64,000 nt of DNA from positions 13,826,001-13,890,000 of the forward strand of contig CM120642.1 in NCBI GenBank assembly GCA_051362555.1, read 5' to 3'. Position 1 is the first letter of the stretch, and every line of letters begins with the position of its first letter. This DNA is from Lingula anatina (taxonomy: Eukaryota; Animalia; Brachiopoda). Below, in pieces: positions 50,301 to 61,700 of this stretch. The translations under genes and the position numbers were made by a program. The notes beneath the pieces were generated by a model. The model saw only the letters and a list, made by a program, of their open reading frames with translations. It did not search any database and had not been told where the DNA came from.

Positions 50301-51963
50301 TCTTTTACTAAAGAAACTGACTGGAATTCAATCTAAAATTCAAGCTATGTATACTTTCCCATCAAAGCAGTCTAAAGAAATTTAAGCTGTTCACCTGAGT
50401 GCTGGCTTACGACCCTCATTGGTATACTGCCAGCAAATCAGACCAATCAAATCCTGAACTTTGGCTGTTGCTATGGTGACAACCAGCATAGGATATGGTC
50501 TTTCTTCATCGGATACCATAGTAAGAAAAATATCAATAGCCTTTGTTGCTACACCTGAGTGGGCCTGAAGAAGAGCATACAATCTACCATTTTATCTGAG
50601 CAACAATGCCTGTTTTTTCACAATACTAAACACCCAATAAATGAAAGCCTGCCTCAATCAAACCAAAACTACCAAATTCTAATCATCAAAAGGCATCTGC
50701 AATGTACTATGTACCATGTTCACATGAGAATGATGTCAAACTAATCCTAATCAAAGCTAGGCAGTTTTCATTTAAACCATTTACAAACTAACTTGAGGGA
50801 ACATATGGTTTGATTGCAGTCACTTAATACGTGCTAGGTGATTTTGGTTGGAAACATGATATTAGGCTGGAATAGTAATTTATAGAGAAACTTCAGGAAT
50901 GAGGGACTATAGACTACTAAAATGTCTGGTGAAGTCACAGGCTGTTGGTGAAGTTTATTCTATCTTTGGCCTTAGATAGCTCTGTATGAGATCAAGACCA
51001 CTGACATTACCCTGTGACCTCACATGTTCATACTGGAAGTATAAGTTTTTAAAATAAAACCAAGTCATCTTCAATCTGTGTTTGAGTGAGTCAATATAAT
51101 CTGGACTAATTCAGATGTTTTCCATTCAAGCCTAAGATGAAAACCTTCTCACCTTTCCATCAAACTTAGCATAATCATGAAATAGGTTGTTTGGAATGCC
51201 TGAAGATTTTTCCAGTCTACGAGAAAGAGCGGAGGTTGAACGAACTCGAGTCTCTGCCTTGTCAGTATCTTTCTTCCCAAAGTCAACTTTCTCAAACAAG
51301 TGACCAAGTTCTTCCACTAAATAAAAATGATAGATCTGTCAAAGTGAAATGATATATGATTTCGATAACCATATGATCTATAGAAAAATAAGTTTAACGT
51401 TTTTGTATTTATTAATGTGCAATGTGTGGCAATTTACTGTCACAAAAAGAAAAGAATCTGTTTCATAAAAACTTGTCTGAACAGATAACAAGTTGCACAG
51501 AAATATGTAAACTTCAACACTGCCATTTATATTCCAGTACCAACAATTGGCATGGGAAAGAAATTATGCACAAATCTATAAAGCAACAATTTATCCTAAC
51601 ATAAAGAACATGGGGATTACAATGCTTCAATAGCCCTCCTCAAGAAAAATTCATTTTGGAGGGCAAATCCTCAGAATTTGAATAATTAATTTTGACCATG
51701 TTGGCAGTTTGCAACTGTATATTTATAGATTTTGCAAAAGAAAAAAGCTAGCTCTTCAAGGTTCCTTATGCCTTACCGTTATACTCTTGACCTTCTTTCC
51801 ATTGGACATGTTTTATCCTACTCTGTCTCTGTTTCTGCACTTTGATTCTCTCCAATCTCTGAGCTGTGTTAGACCGTCTCCGATGTGCACCTGTTGTAGA
51901 ACATTTATAATCTATTAAAATGACAAAATATAATACATGCACCTATGCACGCATGCATGCACG

Positions 51964-52033
<70 letters not shown>

Positions 52034-52764
52034 AATAGGTTCTATTACATAACAAATGGTTGTTTTTTAAAAGAGGAATTCTGAAATATTATTTTGGCCA
52101 CCAGACAAGACTCCTCTATTTCTTCAGCTTACCAATGTCCATATCTGACACAATGTCATAGGAAGTTGAGACCTCGGAGTCAGAGCCATCTGTGCTGCAA
52201 CCACTGTCATACTGAGCTGGTAAAGTCCTAGAAAATAATCATTTATTCCTGTGGTCTTCTTTGGGTTAAGAAGAATAACAAATGCCAGTGCCAATTATTC
52301 AGCAATAGTGAAAGTCATATACCAAATGTCTTTTGTCATTAACAATACAGTGCAGTGATCAAAAAGTAGGGCTGATTGAAAATATGCAAATATGAAAACC
52401 TAGGTGTTCTAATAGTAAATCTGACAAATATGAAAACTTCTGATCAACAGCAGACTATAATGCTGCATAAGTTCTCTATCCACACATTATTCAAACCAGT
52501 TTATTTGTTGTATGAAAATATGGCATCATCTTAAGTGTAATTTTCAATACATTGACAAACTGCTGTCCAGCAAACTACTTTCATAGCCAACAGCTCAACT
52601 ACTCACCTGTGTTTGCTATAACCATCTGATATTCTTTTCTCCTTTGGTTTATCTGGGTACTCCTCATTCTCTATGACTATTTCACAAATCCCAGTATCAT
52701 CACTGGTGATGTAGGAATTCCTCAAATGTGTGATTATAAAGTTCACATCATCAAATAATGCCAT
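47326..52764 (-). CDS. MAPKAP1: SIN1 / MAPKAP1, target of rapamycin complex 2 subunit (complete, 11 coding exons)
   Basis: Exons on -: 52764-52607 ([28 protein letters not shown]), 52227-52133, 51890-51777 ([12 protein letters not shown]), 51316-51153 (YAKFDGK), 50564-50395 ([14 protein letters not shown]), 50100-49927 ([19 protein letters not shown]), 49715-49609, 49342-49235, 48783-48646, 48174-48037 (PH domain [12 protein letters not shown]), 47546-47326 (stop). Phases consistent, GT-AG throughout. Confidence 0.94.
48308..48434. mobile_element. MITE-like non-autonomous DNA transposon, copy 2 (shorter internal region)
   Basis: CAGGGGCGAAT...ATCCGCCCTTG; shares CTGACAGTCTTCCAAATTATCTTTGTTGAT and CCGGAAGACCCAGAAGACGGCCTAAATCCGCCC with copy 1; ACAAA on both flanks. 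Confidence 0.85.
51966..52029. repeat. (CA)n microsatellite
   Basis: Direct reading, in a SIN1 intron. Confidence 0.95.
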
Positions 52765-53026
52765 ACCTGCAAAAACAAATGGTAAAAAATCTATTCAAAT
52801 TTCAAGATTTGATAGTTACTGATTACTTAGTGAGCAGCTCGTAACAAATGTGCAAATTATGAAATTATCACATGTACTGTAACTCAGTCAACAACATTAA
52901 AACTTGGTAAAAGCGATCATGGGTGTACATGTACCTAGCAATTTAATGGAAATATGACAGATAATTATTTTTTACAATATTAAAAAGTACAAGCCTATAT
53001 AAGACTTGGTTTATCTGTAGTCTCAC

Positions 53027-53130
53027 CTCGGAAAGAACAGACCTCTGTCTTTTCTCATTGTTATTAAATCAACATAATAAACAACACCAACATCCCAGCT
53101 GAATTTCCTCGTGAAGTGAAGGATAGATGG
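53027..53130 (-). other. MAPKAP1: Probable non-coding first exon (5' UTR) of SIN1; upstream end approximate
   Basis: Minus-strand donor gag|gtgaga at 53027/53026; matching acceptor ttgcag lies 2 nt before the ATG (52767). Confidence 0.5.
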
Positions 53131-53886
53131 CGCTTGAAACAGGCTCTACCTGACCCAAGACTCCCAGATACAAAAATGTACCGTTACCGTGCAGCTTGTA
53201 GAGTGCTGTTCTTCAAAAGACAGGATTTGCTGATTATTATTACTTGATATAATCAGGGAAAATTTTCAATACACGCTAAAATTAGTTTTGGTTCACTCTG
53301 ATATACTTAATCATGAATTCCTTGTTAGCGTTAACGTTGATGAAACGATTGATCATGGATTTTTTCATTTATCGTTCACTCTTCTCAGGAAAAGCTTTAA
53401 CAACATAATGGTAGTTATTGGTGAAAAGTTGAATGTTTTTCAGTTGATGGTCTTTTTAATCCCTGAACGAGTTCGTTTAAACGGGTTAAATTTCCTTCCA
53501 AATTTGTTCGCGTCCTGTTTATCCCCGCAGGTGCCCGCCCTTTTAAAGGAAAGGTCCAATTGGTTGAATGACATATATCCATGTTACGCGTTATGCTATT
53601 GGCTTATAGAAAACATAATGATCACCAGATGGCGGCATGTTCGGCTTACTGATGAGATGCAAGAGTTGTGAAGATATCGAATGTTGTGGCCACAAAGTGA
53701 TAATCAAATCTGGCCATTTCTGATAGCGTGAGCAACTTGATTGCGCCTCCAGGTACCGCTAAAGATTTGCAAAACTGCACGGATTTGTCTAGAATAATCG
53801 ATTAGGTTCAAAGAGGTTAGACTCTCGTGCAAAGCACGTTGTTTTTGAGGGGACTTCTCGCGTTCCAAGAGAGACAACATCACAAC
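53100..53886. promoter_or_regulatory. Compact divergent (bidirectional) promoter region between SIN1 and PBX
   Basis: Head-to-head genes with ATGs about 1.1 kb apart; visibly CpG-enriched relative to flanks; YY1-like AGATGGCG at ~53125 and ~53626. Confidence 0.6.
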
Positions 53887-56809
53887 ATGGATGAACAAAG
53901 AATGATGGGGATGCTGTCTCAGGCCGGCTACGGGATGCAGGGAGGACCTGTAGACGGTGTTGGTGACCCAGGAGTACAGGAAGGAAGAAAACAAGATATT
54001 GGAGATATTTTACAACAAATCATGACCATCACCGATCAGAGTTTGGATGAAGCACAAGCTAGGTAATTGTACATTTTAAGATTCCATGTATTTTTAATTC
54101 AAATGCTTCCTTTCATATTGAATCGTAAACTGGCTTTGACAGTAGTGTGTATCACTTAATGAGACATTTCCTCACTCATTCCATGGACTGGTGTCATTCT
54201 TTGACATAAAATCTCACTATAAGTAGTTATTCTTATAGTCACCAGTCTACTACTGCATAACAAAAAACTTCTGTTCACTTCACCAAAAACTTGAAAAGTT
54301 CACTGGTAGTGGTAGTCTCATATTTTAAGAGCTACCGACAACTAAAGAGGTTATTTAGGCTTTGAGGGGCATTCTGTTAGACATATAATTGTTTGCTGTA
54401 TATTTATGTATATGGTGTGGAATTATAATTGTCTTTAATTTCAAGTGCAGTACACATGTCACATTTGATACATTTCTTCATTTCATGTGAGGGGATTATA
54501 TGATGAGCAAGTTTACAAGCAATACACATTACCTCTAGATTAGTTCGGCAGATCATTTATGAAAAAACTTTCAAACCAGTAAATTCATCAGTCTAAAAGA
54601 GTACTTATAGACATTGACATTAGAGTATGGTAGGAATATTTTAACATTGGTTTCAGAATTTATTAGCAGTCAGCTTTGGCATTTACTGAGTAAATTGGTC
54701 ATCTTTTTAATACTTTGGATGTAGATATTTAGCTCTTTGGCTGTTCTGTTATTGTCATTATCTAAACTGTTATATTTTTTTTTCATTTAATGCACAATCA
54801 CATGATCCCCTCACTGATATTTGCTTGCTTTGTTCTCTTCCTCTTGCATAGAAAATGCTTTAGAACACTTGAAGAGTCTGCTGCACTACTGTGTGCTTAT
54901 AATGTTTTAATAAATTTACATCATAATCATAAACTGTTATTCAAATGCAATGTAACCTACATTTGATTTCCCACTAAATTTCCCACTCAGGGCCAGCTAT
55001 GAAGCTCAAATGAACATGCAGTGAGTATTGACAAAAACACCATTGTAGCCCCTCTTTTGTTTGTGATCTCTGAGAAGAAAACACTTTTTAACACTTACTA
55101 TCATTAAGGCTTTTTCAACTGACATCTTCAATATTAATTTCCTAAAAATAAAACTTAAATCCGTATGTTGGGAATTTGCAGAATTTCCCATATGTTTTGT
55201 TGTGGCCATTGCCTTTAGTATGTCCTGGTTTCTGTATTTTGATTACATTCCTGGAAGCCTTCTCTTTATTTGGAACATCACATTTTTGTGTTGACTTTTG
55301 TATGTATGTTTGTGATCACAAGCAGATCTGGGCCTGCAATATTTCTACATGTATGTGAAGTATACAGTGTCTACACTAGAGACATAGTTTATTTAATAAC
55401 TGAGAAGATAGATGCTGCTCGAAGGTGTTTTATAATCACAACAGTTGTTAATTAATCACATTTCTTGAACAAGGTAGTTAAATGTTGCATGGACCTACTA
55501 AATGGTAATGGCCACAGGGATTAAGGGTAGTTAAATAACGGCCGTGTTAAGAACTATGATACTTAATGTCAAGTATTATCTGTTATTTCAGACTAGTTGC
55601 ATAGAAATGTTGATCCCCTGTTTGAATTTTAACCAAGTAGTTTGCATGATCCCATCTGACAGGTGTATTAACAAGTCTGTCTGTATTTGTATTAATGTAT
55701 CAACATGTTATGTTAATGGGCTTTTATTTTATATTTTAAAATGTACATTTATGTTTTTGTTCATGTTAATGAATATCAGCTTAGAAAAAAGTAATTTATT
55801 TTCGAGCCGTAAAATTTCCAACTTTTAAGAAGATTACAGACAAATTCAAAAGTGCATAAAATCTATCCATGTAGGCCATTTATGTGTTGTGGCCTTATGG
55901 ATGCCGTGTTGAAAATTAAACAGGGTTCAGTCTTTGGGTCCATCTTAGAATGAATTGTGCATCTAAAACTCCCACTTTGTACACATTTCTAACCTGGTAT
56001 TTTCAGAAGGTCAGTATATAGGGTATTTATTTTTGGCATGTGGGGTTGTATAGATATGCAATGTGTGTGATTCGCGAAAGGTATCCTGTTATTTCAATTA
56101 TTTGGAGACTTGAAGGCCATCAGGCTTATCTCATTAATTTCAGAGGAAACTGCATACCAAGTTTTTTAAAATAAATTTTTATGAAATGCTCTTGTTAAAA
56201 CTCAAGAAACCTATTATCAACAATTTGTGCTGAGTTCAACTTTTAGTAAGATAAATGGTTTGTTACTTTTTGGCTTCAGTTTATACCCAATGGTTTGATA
56301 GAAAATGGCGGTTATTTGATTTAAAAATAGAAAGAAACACTAAAATGACCACATAAAATTTTAATTATATACATTCAAATCAAAACAAAAAGCACAGCTT
56401 TCAAATATTATCTTTCAAGAAAAAAATTATTGAATCAGTTAACATGCCTTTAAAAATTGTACTCCTCAATTTTGTACTTGAATTCTTATTCCATATCCAA
56501 GAAAACAAGACCAAGATACAACATAGAAAGAAATATAATGGGTTTATTTTGTCCCCTTGTTCACAAAAAAAAAAATCTTTTTTCATTTTTACCTTATTTT
56601 AAATACTAGTAGCTAAATCGATGAAGCCTTTCTGTTACAAAAAAATAATCTGATATATGGCATGCCACTGACTATATAGAAATTTTGAGAGAGCATATGG
56701 TGAGTTCATGATCAAAAGTTACTTTCTCTTTACAGGAAACACACATTGAACTCACATAGAATGAAACCAGCTTTGTTCAGTGTTCTGTGTGAAATCAAGG
56801 AAAAGACTG
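53887..56809 (+). CDS. pbx: PBX / extradenticle TALE homeobox transcription factor, 3'-partial (exons 1-2, PBC-A domain)
   Basis: Exon 53887-54062 MDEQRMMG...[26 protein letters not shown]; exon 56736-56809 [24 protein letters not shown]; intron 2 runs off the window. Confidence 0.95.
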
Positions 56810-58665
56810 GTAAGAGAATCTGAAGTTTGTCTGATAATATATTGATGCTTCTTGTGGTTGTTTAAATTGTTTTGGGGAGGGGGGAATGTCTTTGTTGTTT
56901 TTTTTTGTGGCACAGAAGAGGTAAGTGGTACTTAATATTGTCACTATTTTATTTTAATTATCTAAATCTTTATTTCATTGCTTTGTTATATTTGTTTGAA
57001 TCATCCAAACATCTATACACATTTGTTGTGCTTGACAAACAATTGGTTTTAACAAGTTTTTATTTCAGTTCTTCATGCTTTGTATAAAAAAAACATTAAC
57101 AGAAAGATCTTGTGTACACATCCCCCATATATAACTCATTTCAAAGGTTAAAATGTTACAGACCAATGCAGTGAATGAACAGGTTTAGATTAAGAAAAAA
57201 GGAACCTATGAAAACTTTTTGATAGATGAAATATTACATATTCAATACAAATCTAAAACCGTGCCTGTCCTTCACAGAAAAAGTCGGCACTTCAAAATAT
57301 CACAGTCGTGCATTCTTTTTTTGTTCACCGACATTTAAGCTCAGCAGATACTTCATATAACAGGCCTCTACGCCTCTTGTAAACTTCTCAATAACTGACA
57401 GAGTGACAGGCGGCTGTCAATTTATTCTCCTCTCCAGTCCACCTCTGTGAAATGCCCAGTCAATTAAAAAGACAAGTGTGCTTTGAAGGTTTGGTCTAAT
57501 GTGACCCATATTACAGTAAGAGCTTACCCTGCCTGTCACCGCTGTCATCTAACACTGTAGTTTTGACATCCGCACATGATAGAGGGCTATTAGAAGACTG
57601 ATTGTTAAGGTGGAAATGAAAAAAAAAGGTTAGGTGGGGATGGTGGTTGGGGTTTTCAGAGATGACCTTTCTTTATATAGTGAAGTTCAGATCTCGTAAG
57701 GTGTATGAGAAAAAAGACATTACACAATTTTAGTAAAATGTATATGTTATAAGTTATTGATTTCCTTTTAAAGAAAACAAATTCAGGCCAAGATTTAACA
57801 AATGTCTGAATGTTAAAATGTTAAAAAATCTGAATAAATTTATGAAGCAATGCTTTTTAATAAAAGAGCTAGTTTGGTGATGCGAATGACTGAACATGTT
57901 TTTCTAGCTGGTGAAATTGATACTAAAGTTAAAAAACATTCTTTGCTATGCCCTTTTTTAATATGCATGTAACAGTATTTTTTAAACAAAATCTAACAAA
58001 AAAATATAGCACTTATTTTTTCAAGCTTTGTTAAGAGAAAGTTTTTATCTCTAAGCAGGGAAGTAATAGATAAGATCAGTTCCAGGTGCAGTCATGCACC
58101 AGCTAATATTGGCCAACACAGTTTTATATACACAAGAATGACCCCTGTTTTATTTGAATTTGATCTGGAGTATCAACTTCTATAATATACGCTGGAAGAT
58201 CACAACAAGCCTTTGTCAAACAGATCTACCTTAATTGGTAATTATACCCATTTATTGAATCGTAATGGAACAAAAGATATAGCAAGCACCATAGGGACAT
58301 TGTCATTGTTTGAAAAACTTTCTACAAAGACAAATTTCTGGTGGACTTGAACTGAAAATATCGATCACTTAAAAGGTTCTTGAGGTTCCATTTAATGTAT
58401 GGAGCAGGTACTTAACAAGAGGGGCCCCTTGTGGATACCCCGGTTTGACCTGGCGCACAAGCTCAGTAATAATACTCACTGTATGAGAGTTTTATCCTCC
58501 TCTGGCACCTGTTTAATACAAATATTTATTTACAGGATGATTTGAAATGTATCTCCCCTGGTTCTGTTATGCTCTGATAACCCTCAACTCAGTCTTTTTT
58601 TTTCACACTGATGAAAATTAAGAATGAGAAAAGTGCATGCAATAAAATAGCATTATCCCTCATGT

Positions 58666-58668
<3 letters not shown>

Positions 58669-58718
<50 letters not shown>
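58669..58718. repeat. Poly-T run
   Basis: Direct reading. Confidence 0.9.
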
Positions 58719-58721
<3 letters not shown>

Positions 58722-61700
58722 GAAGGACTTACCTCTGAAGCAGCAAAGTTAGGGGCATTGTTTTGATATGAAACTGTAGTGATAATTTATTGACAATATT
58801 TGGCAAAAAAAGGGGGGAAAAGGCAGCATTAATTGTGAATGAGACAATTTTTGCTTTTTCAATCATTGTGAGACATCTTTTAACTAAATTTCTCCCTGGT
58901 TTCTTTTTGATGTGAGTTGAAAATAATTTATTTGAAATTCAGCTACATTCTAGTAGATAATGAACTGTTGATCATTTATCAAATTTGTACTGAATTGATA
59001 ACAATCTAAACATAATTCTCAAATTTTTTCATATTTATGTGAAGTATGATTTCATTTCAATCGTAAATTCTTTTGCAGGGAAAAACATCAAGTCATTTCA
59101 GTTTTTAGCCTTTTCTATTTTATATCAAATTTCATAAATTAAATCAGTCTCCATTAGACTCGAGGAATGATCTCAGCTCAGAATCTGATAGAACTTTAAC
59201 ATCACTGCACCTTAAATGGTGACTTCTGAAAAAAACTATATGGTTGCAATATATGTATGCAAAAGAAACGGTGCCCTTTCCTTTGTTTCCCCATGTAGCA
59301 GAATCTTGCTGTCCCACTTAGCAAAGCTGGAGGCATATTTAGGCCAGTGTGTGATTTATAGGTCTAGGGTAAAGCCCCATACTGCTGGCCAGGGCCCCTT
59401 GTCAGTGCTATGGTGCAGTCATGGGTGAAAGGAAGGGAAAATCCATGTGGTAACTCTCATGTTAAATTCATCAAATTGCTTTTACTATAATAGATATAAT
59501 ACATGAGTACTCCTGTTGCTGCCACGTAACTGCTTTTGTATTAGGTAGGATGCAGTTGGGGATTGTTAAAAAATAAATAAATATTTATTTATTTATTTAA
59601 ATAGTTGATAATATATTGGTTATTAAACTAAAAAGATGCTTTGTTTGTTTTATTTTCTTTATTTTGGAGCAGGATTAATTTTTGCAAACCAGCAGTATGA
59701 CATGTTGCATGTGTTTAAGAAATTGCCAACCCCTTTTCTGGTTCAAACCACATCTAAAAAATTAACAAACAACACAGCAGAGATAAGAAATTTCCTCTCA
59801 TTTCTCTGCATTTTGTCTTATATCTAATCTAGTAAAAATCACTGTCGTCATGCAAAGATTTCATGCAAGCTTTCCCAATGTTGTTGCTGGTTGAGGTTTG
59901 TCAATAATGTGCAACCACACTTATTGACAGAACTATTCATTTACAGCACTACTATGAGATGTTTTTCTTCAGCTATTTATCAGTGTATATCATTATGTTC
60001 ACGAATAGTCAATAAATCATGACACAAGCTTATTTAACTGAAATTTAATTGTTAATACCTTTAACAAAAAGCACTGGCTGATTTTAAAATTTTTTTGGTT
60101 CCACTGAATAGATTTTATACATGAAAAAGAGGATTTAAGGTGTAACATAAAATTATCACTGATGTAGATGTCAGATAGAAAGATAGATATTTACTTATTT
60201 TGATTTGAAAAAATTAGCGCTTAAAAAACAAGCAGTGCCACTAAAAAAATTTGTCCTTGTTCTTTTATGTTAAATATCTAAATCTTTTAGGGTTATGGGC
60301 AGCCTATTAAATCCCACCAGTTATTCGATAAATATACACATTAAGAAGAGAGAAAATCCCTGCGAGCTTTGGCTAGTTTATGCAACGGGTCAGTGATTTC
60401 ATTGTTACCAACAAAGGCGAGGGGCATGTAGAGCCGCCATCTTTGTGTTTAAGACGCCTTCTCGGGGTGCATAATGTAGCATGACAGACTTAGAAGTCCT
60501 TATCACTAAGTGGGCTTTTTAGTGGAAGGTTTAGATTTGGGGGTCTATTTTGTGTATTTAGCCTGTTTTAGTGTTAATGTAGGCATTGGTCCACTCTTCA
60601 CAGTGGACTAAAGGGGCCATGTGAGACAGAAGATGGATAAACAAACATTGCCTATCATTTTTATCCTCTTTTTCTCAGTAGTCTGTTGTACATATTCTAT
60701 ATTTTCAGATAAATGGATAAACCTTTATTGTAAACATGAGTGGAATCTACTTTTTATTTCTTTTTTTTTTTTTTTTTTTCATTTATTATTATTTTTTAAT
60801 TGTTATCTGAGCTAAAAAGAGATGTGTCCAAAAGAACTGACAAGCATTTTAAAAGAAAATAAAAGAACATGTGGAAGGTCGAAATTGGAGCAAGTTTTTG
60901 AAAAGGACTAGACATAATCACATTTCACCTTTGAGAAAAAAGGTGTTTACTTCCGAAATGTGTACACATTTTTGAAAAGAACTATCAAATATATCATCTC
61001 AGTAGCTTCCTGTCATAGTAGGAAACCTCTGTGTGTATAAAAAGAGTTCAAATTGCAGCCAAGATTTTTGAGTTGAGGATGATTTTGTTATTTGTATAAC
61101 TCAAGAAAATGGCAAAAAATGTTGAAATGGCAAAAAAAAAGCTGATTGTATTGATTTAAAGTTTAATTTCCCTTACATGTAGGAATAAACTTGTATGGAC
61201 ACTTGATCCACTTCAGCAGTTTCAAAACCAAATTCTGGACTTAAGCAAGCAGAGAAAAAATTCATTTGCAATAATTGCTGAATTTGATAATATTGAATTT
61301 GTTGTCAGGAGGAGTTTTTTTGGGCAATTTGTTGTTTAATTTGACTTTAACTTGTATCGTTTGTGTGCAGCATAAAGGATGTTAAAGTTATCCTAAGAAG
61401 GACGTCTGAGGACAGGTTCAAAAACATTTCAGCCTTTAAGTTTTAAGAAGTGTGAAGATAAGGTTGTTCTTTGCTTAGTATTGCCATACCCCAGCTGTTT
61501 GTAGAGAAGTAACAAGTTAAACACTATTAAATACACATTAGGGCATCTGGGCGGCCTGGCTTGGTGGAGTCTGCTTCTAGTATATGGTTCATAATGGGAA
61601 CAGCTTTTCACACATTCCCTAACCTCGGAGGTGGTGGGAGTATTTATTGCTCCATGTAAATGTTGAAGTCATTAGTTACTTACTGTGTTAAAATGTGCTT

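Noticed and set aside
53288-53994. ORFs 53288-53671 (+) and 53704-53994 (-), and the GTG-extended PBX start at 53827
   Set aside because: They lie in the promoter/UTR with no recognisable protein; PBX homology begins at MDEQ (53887).
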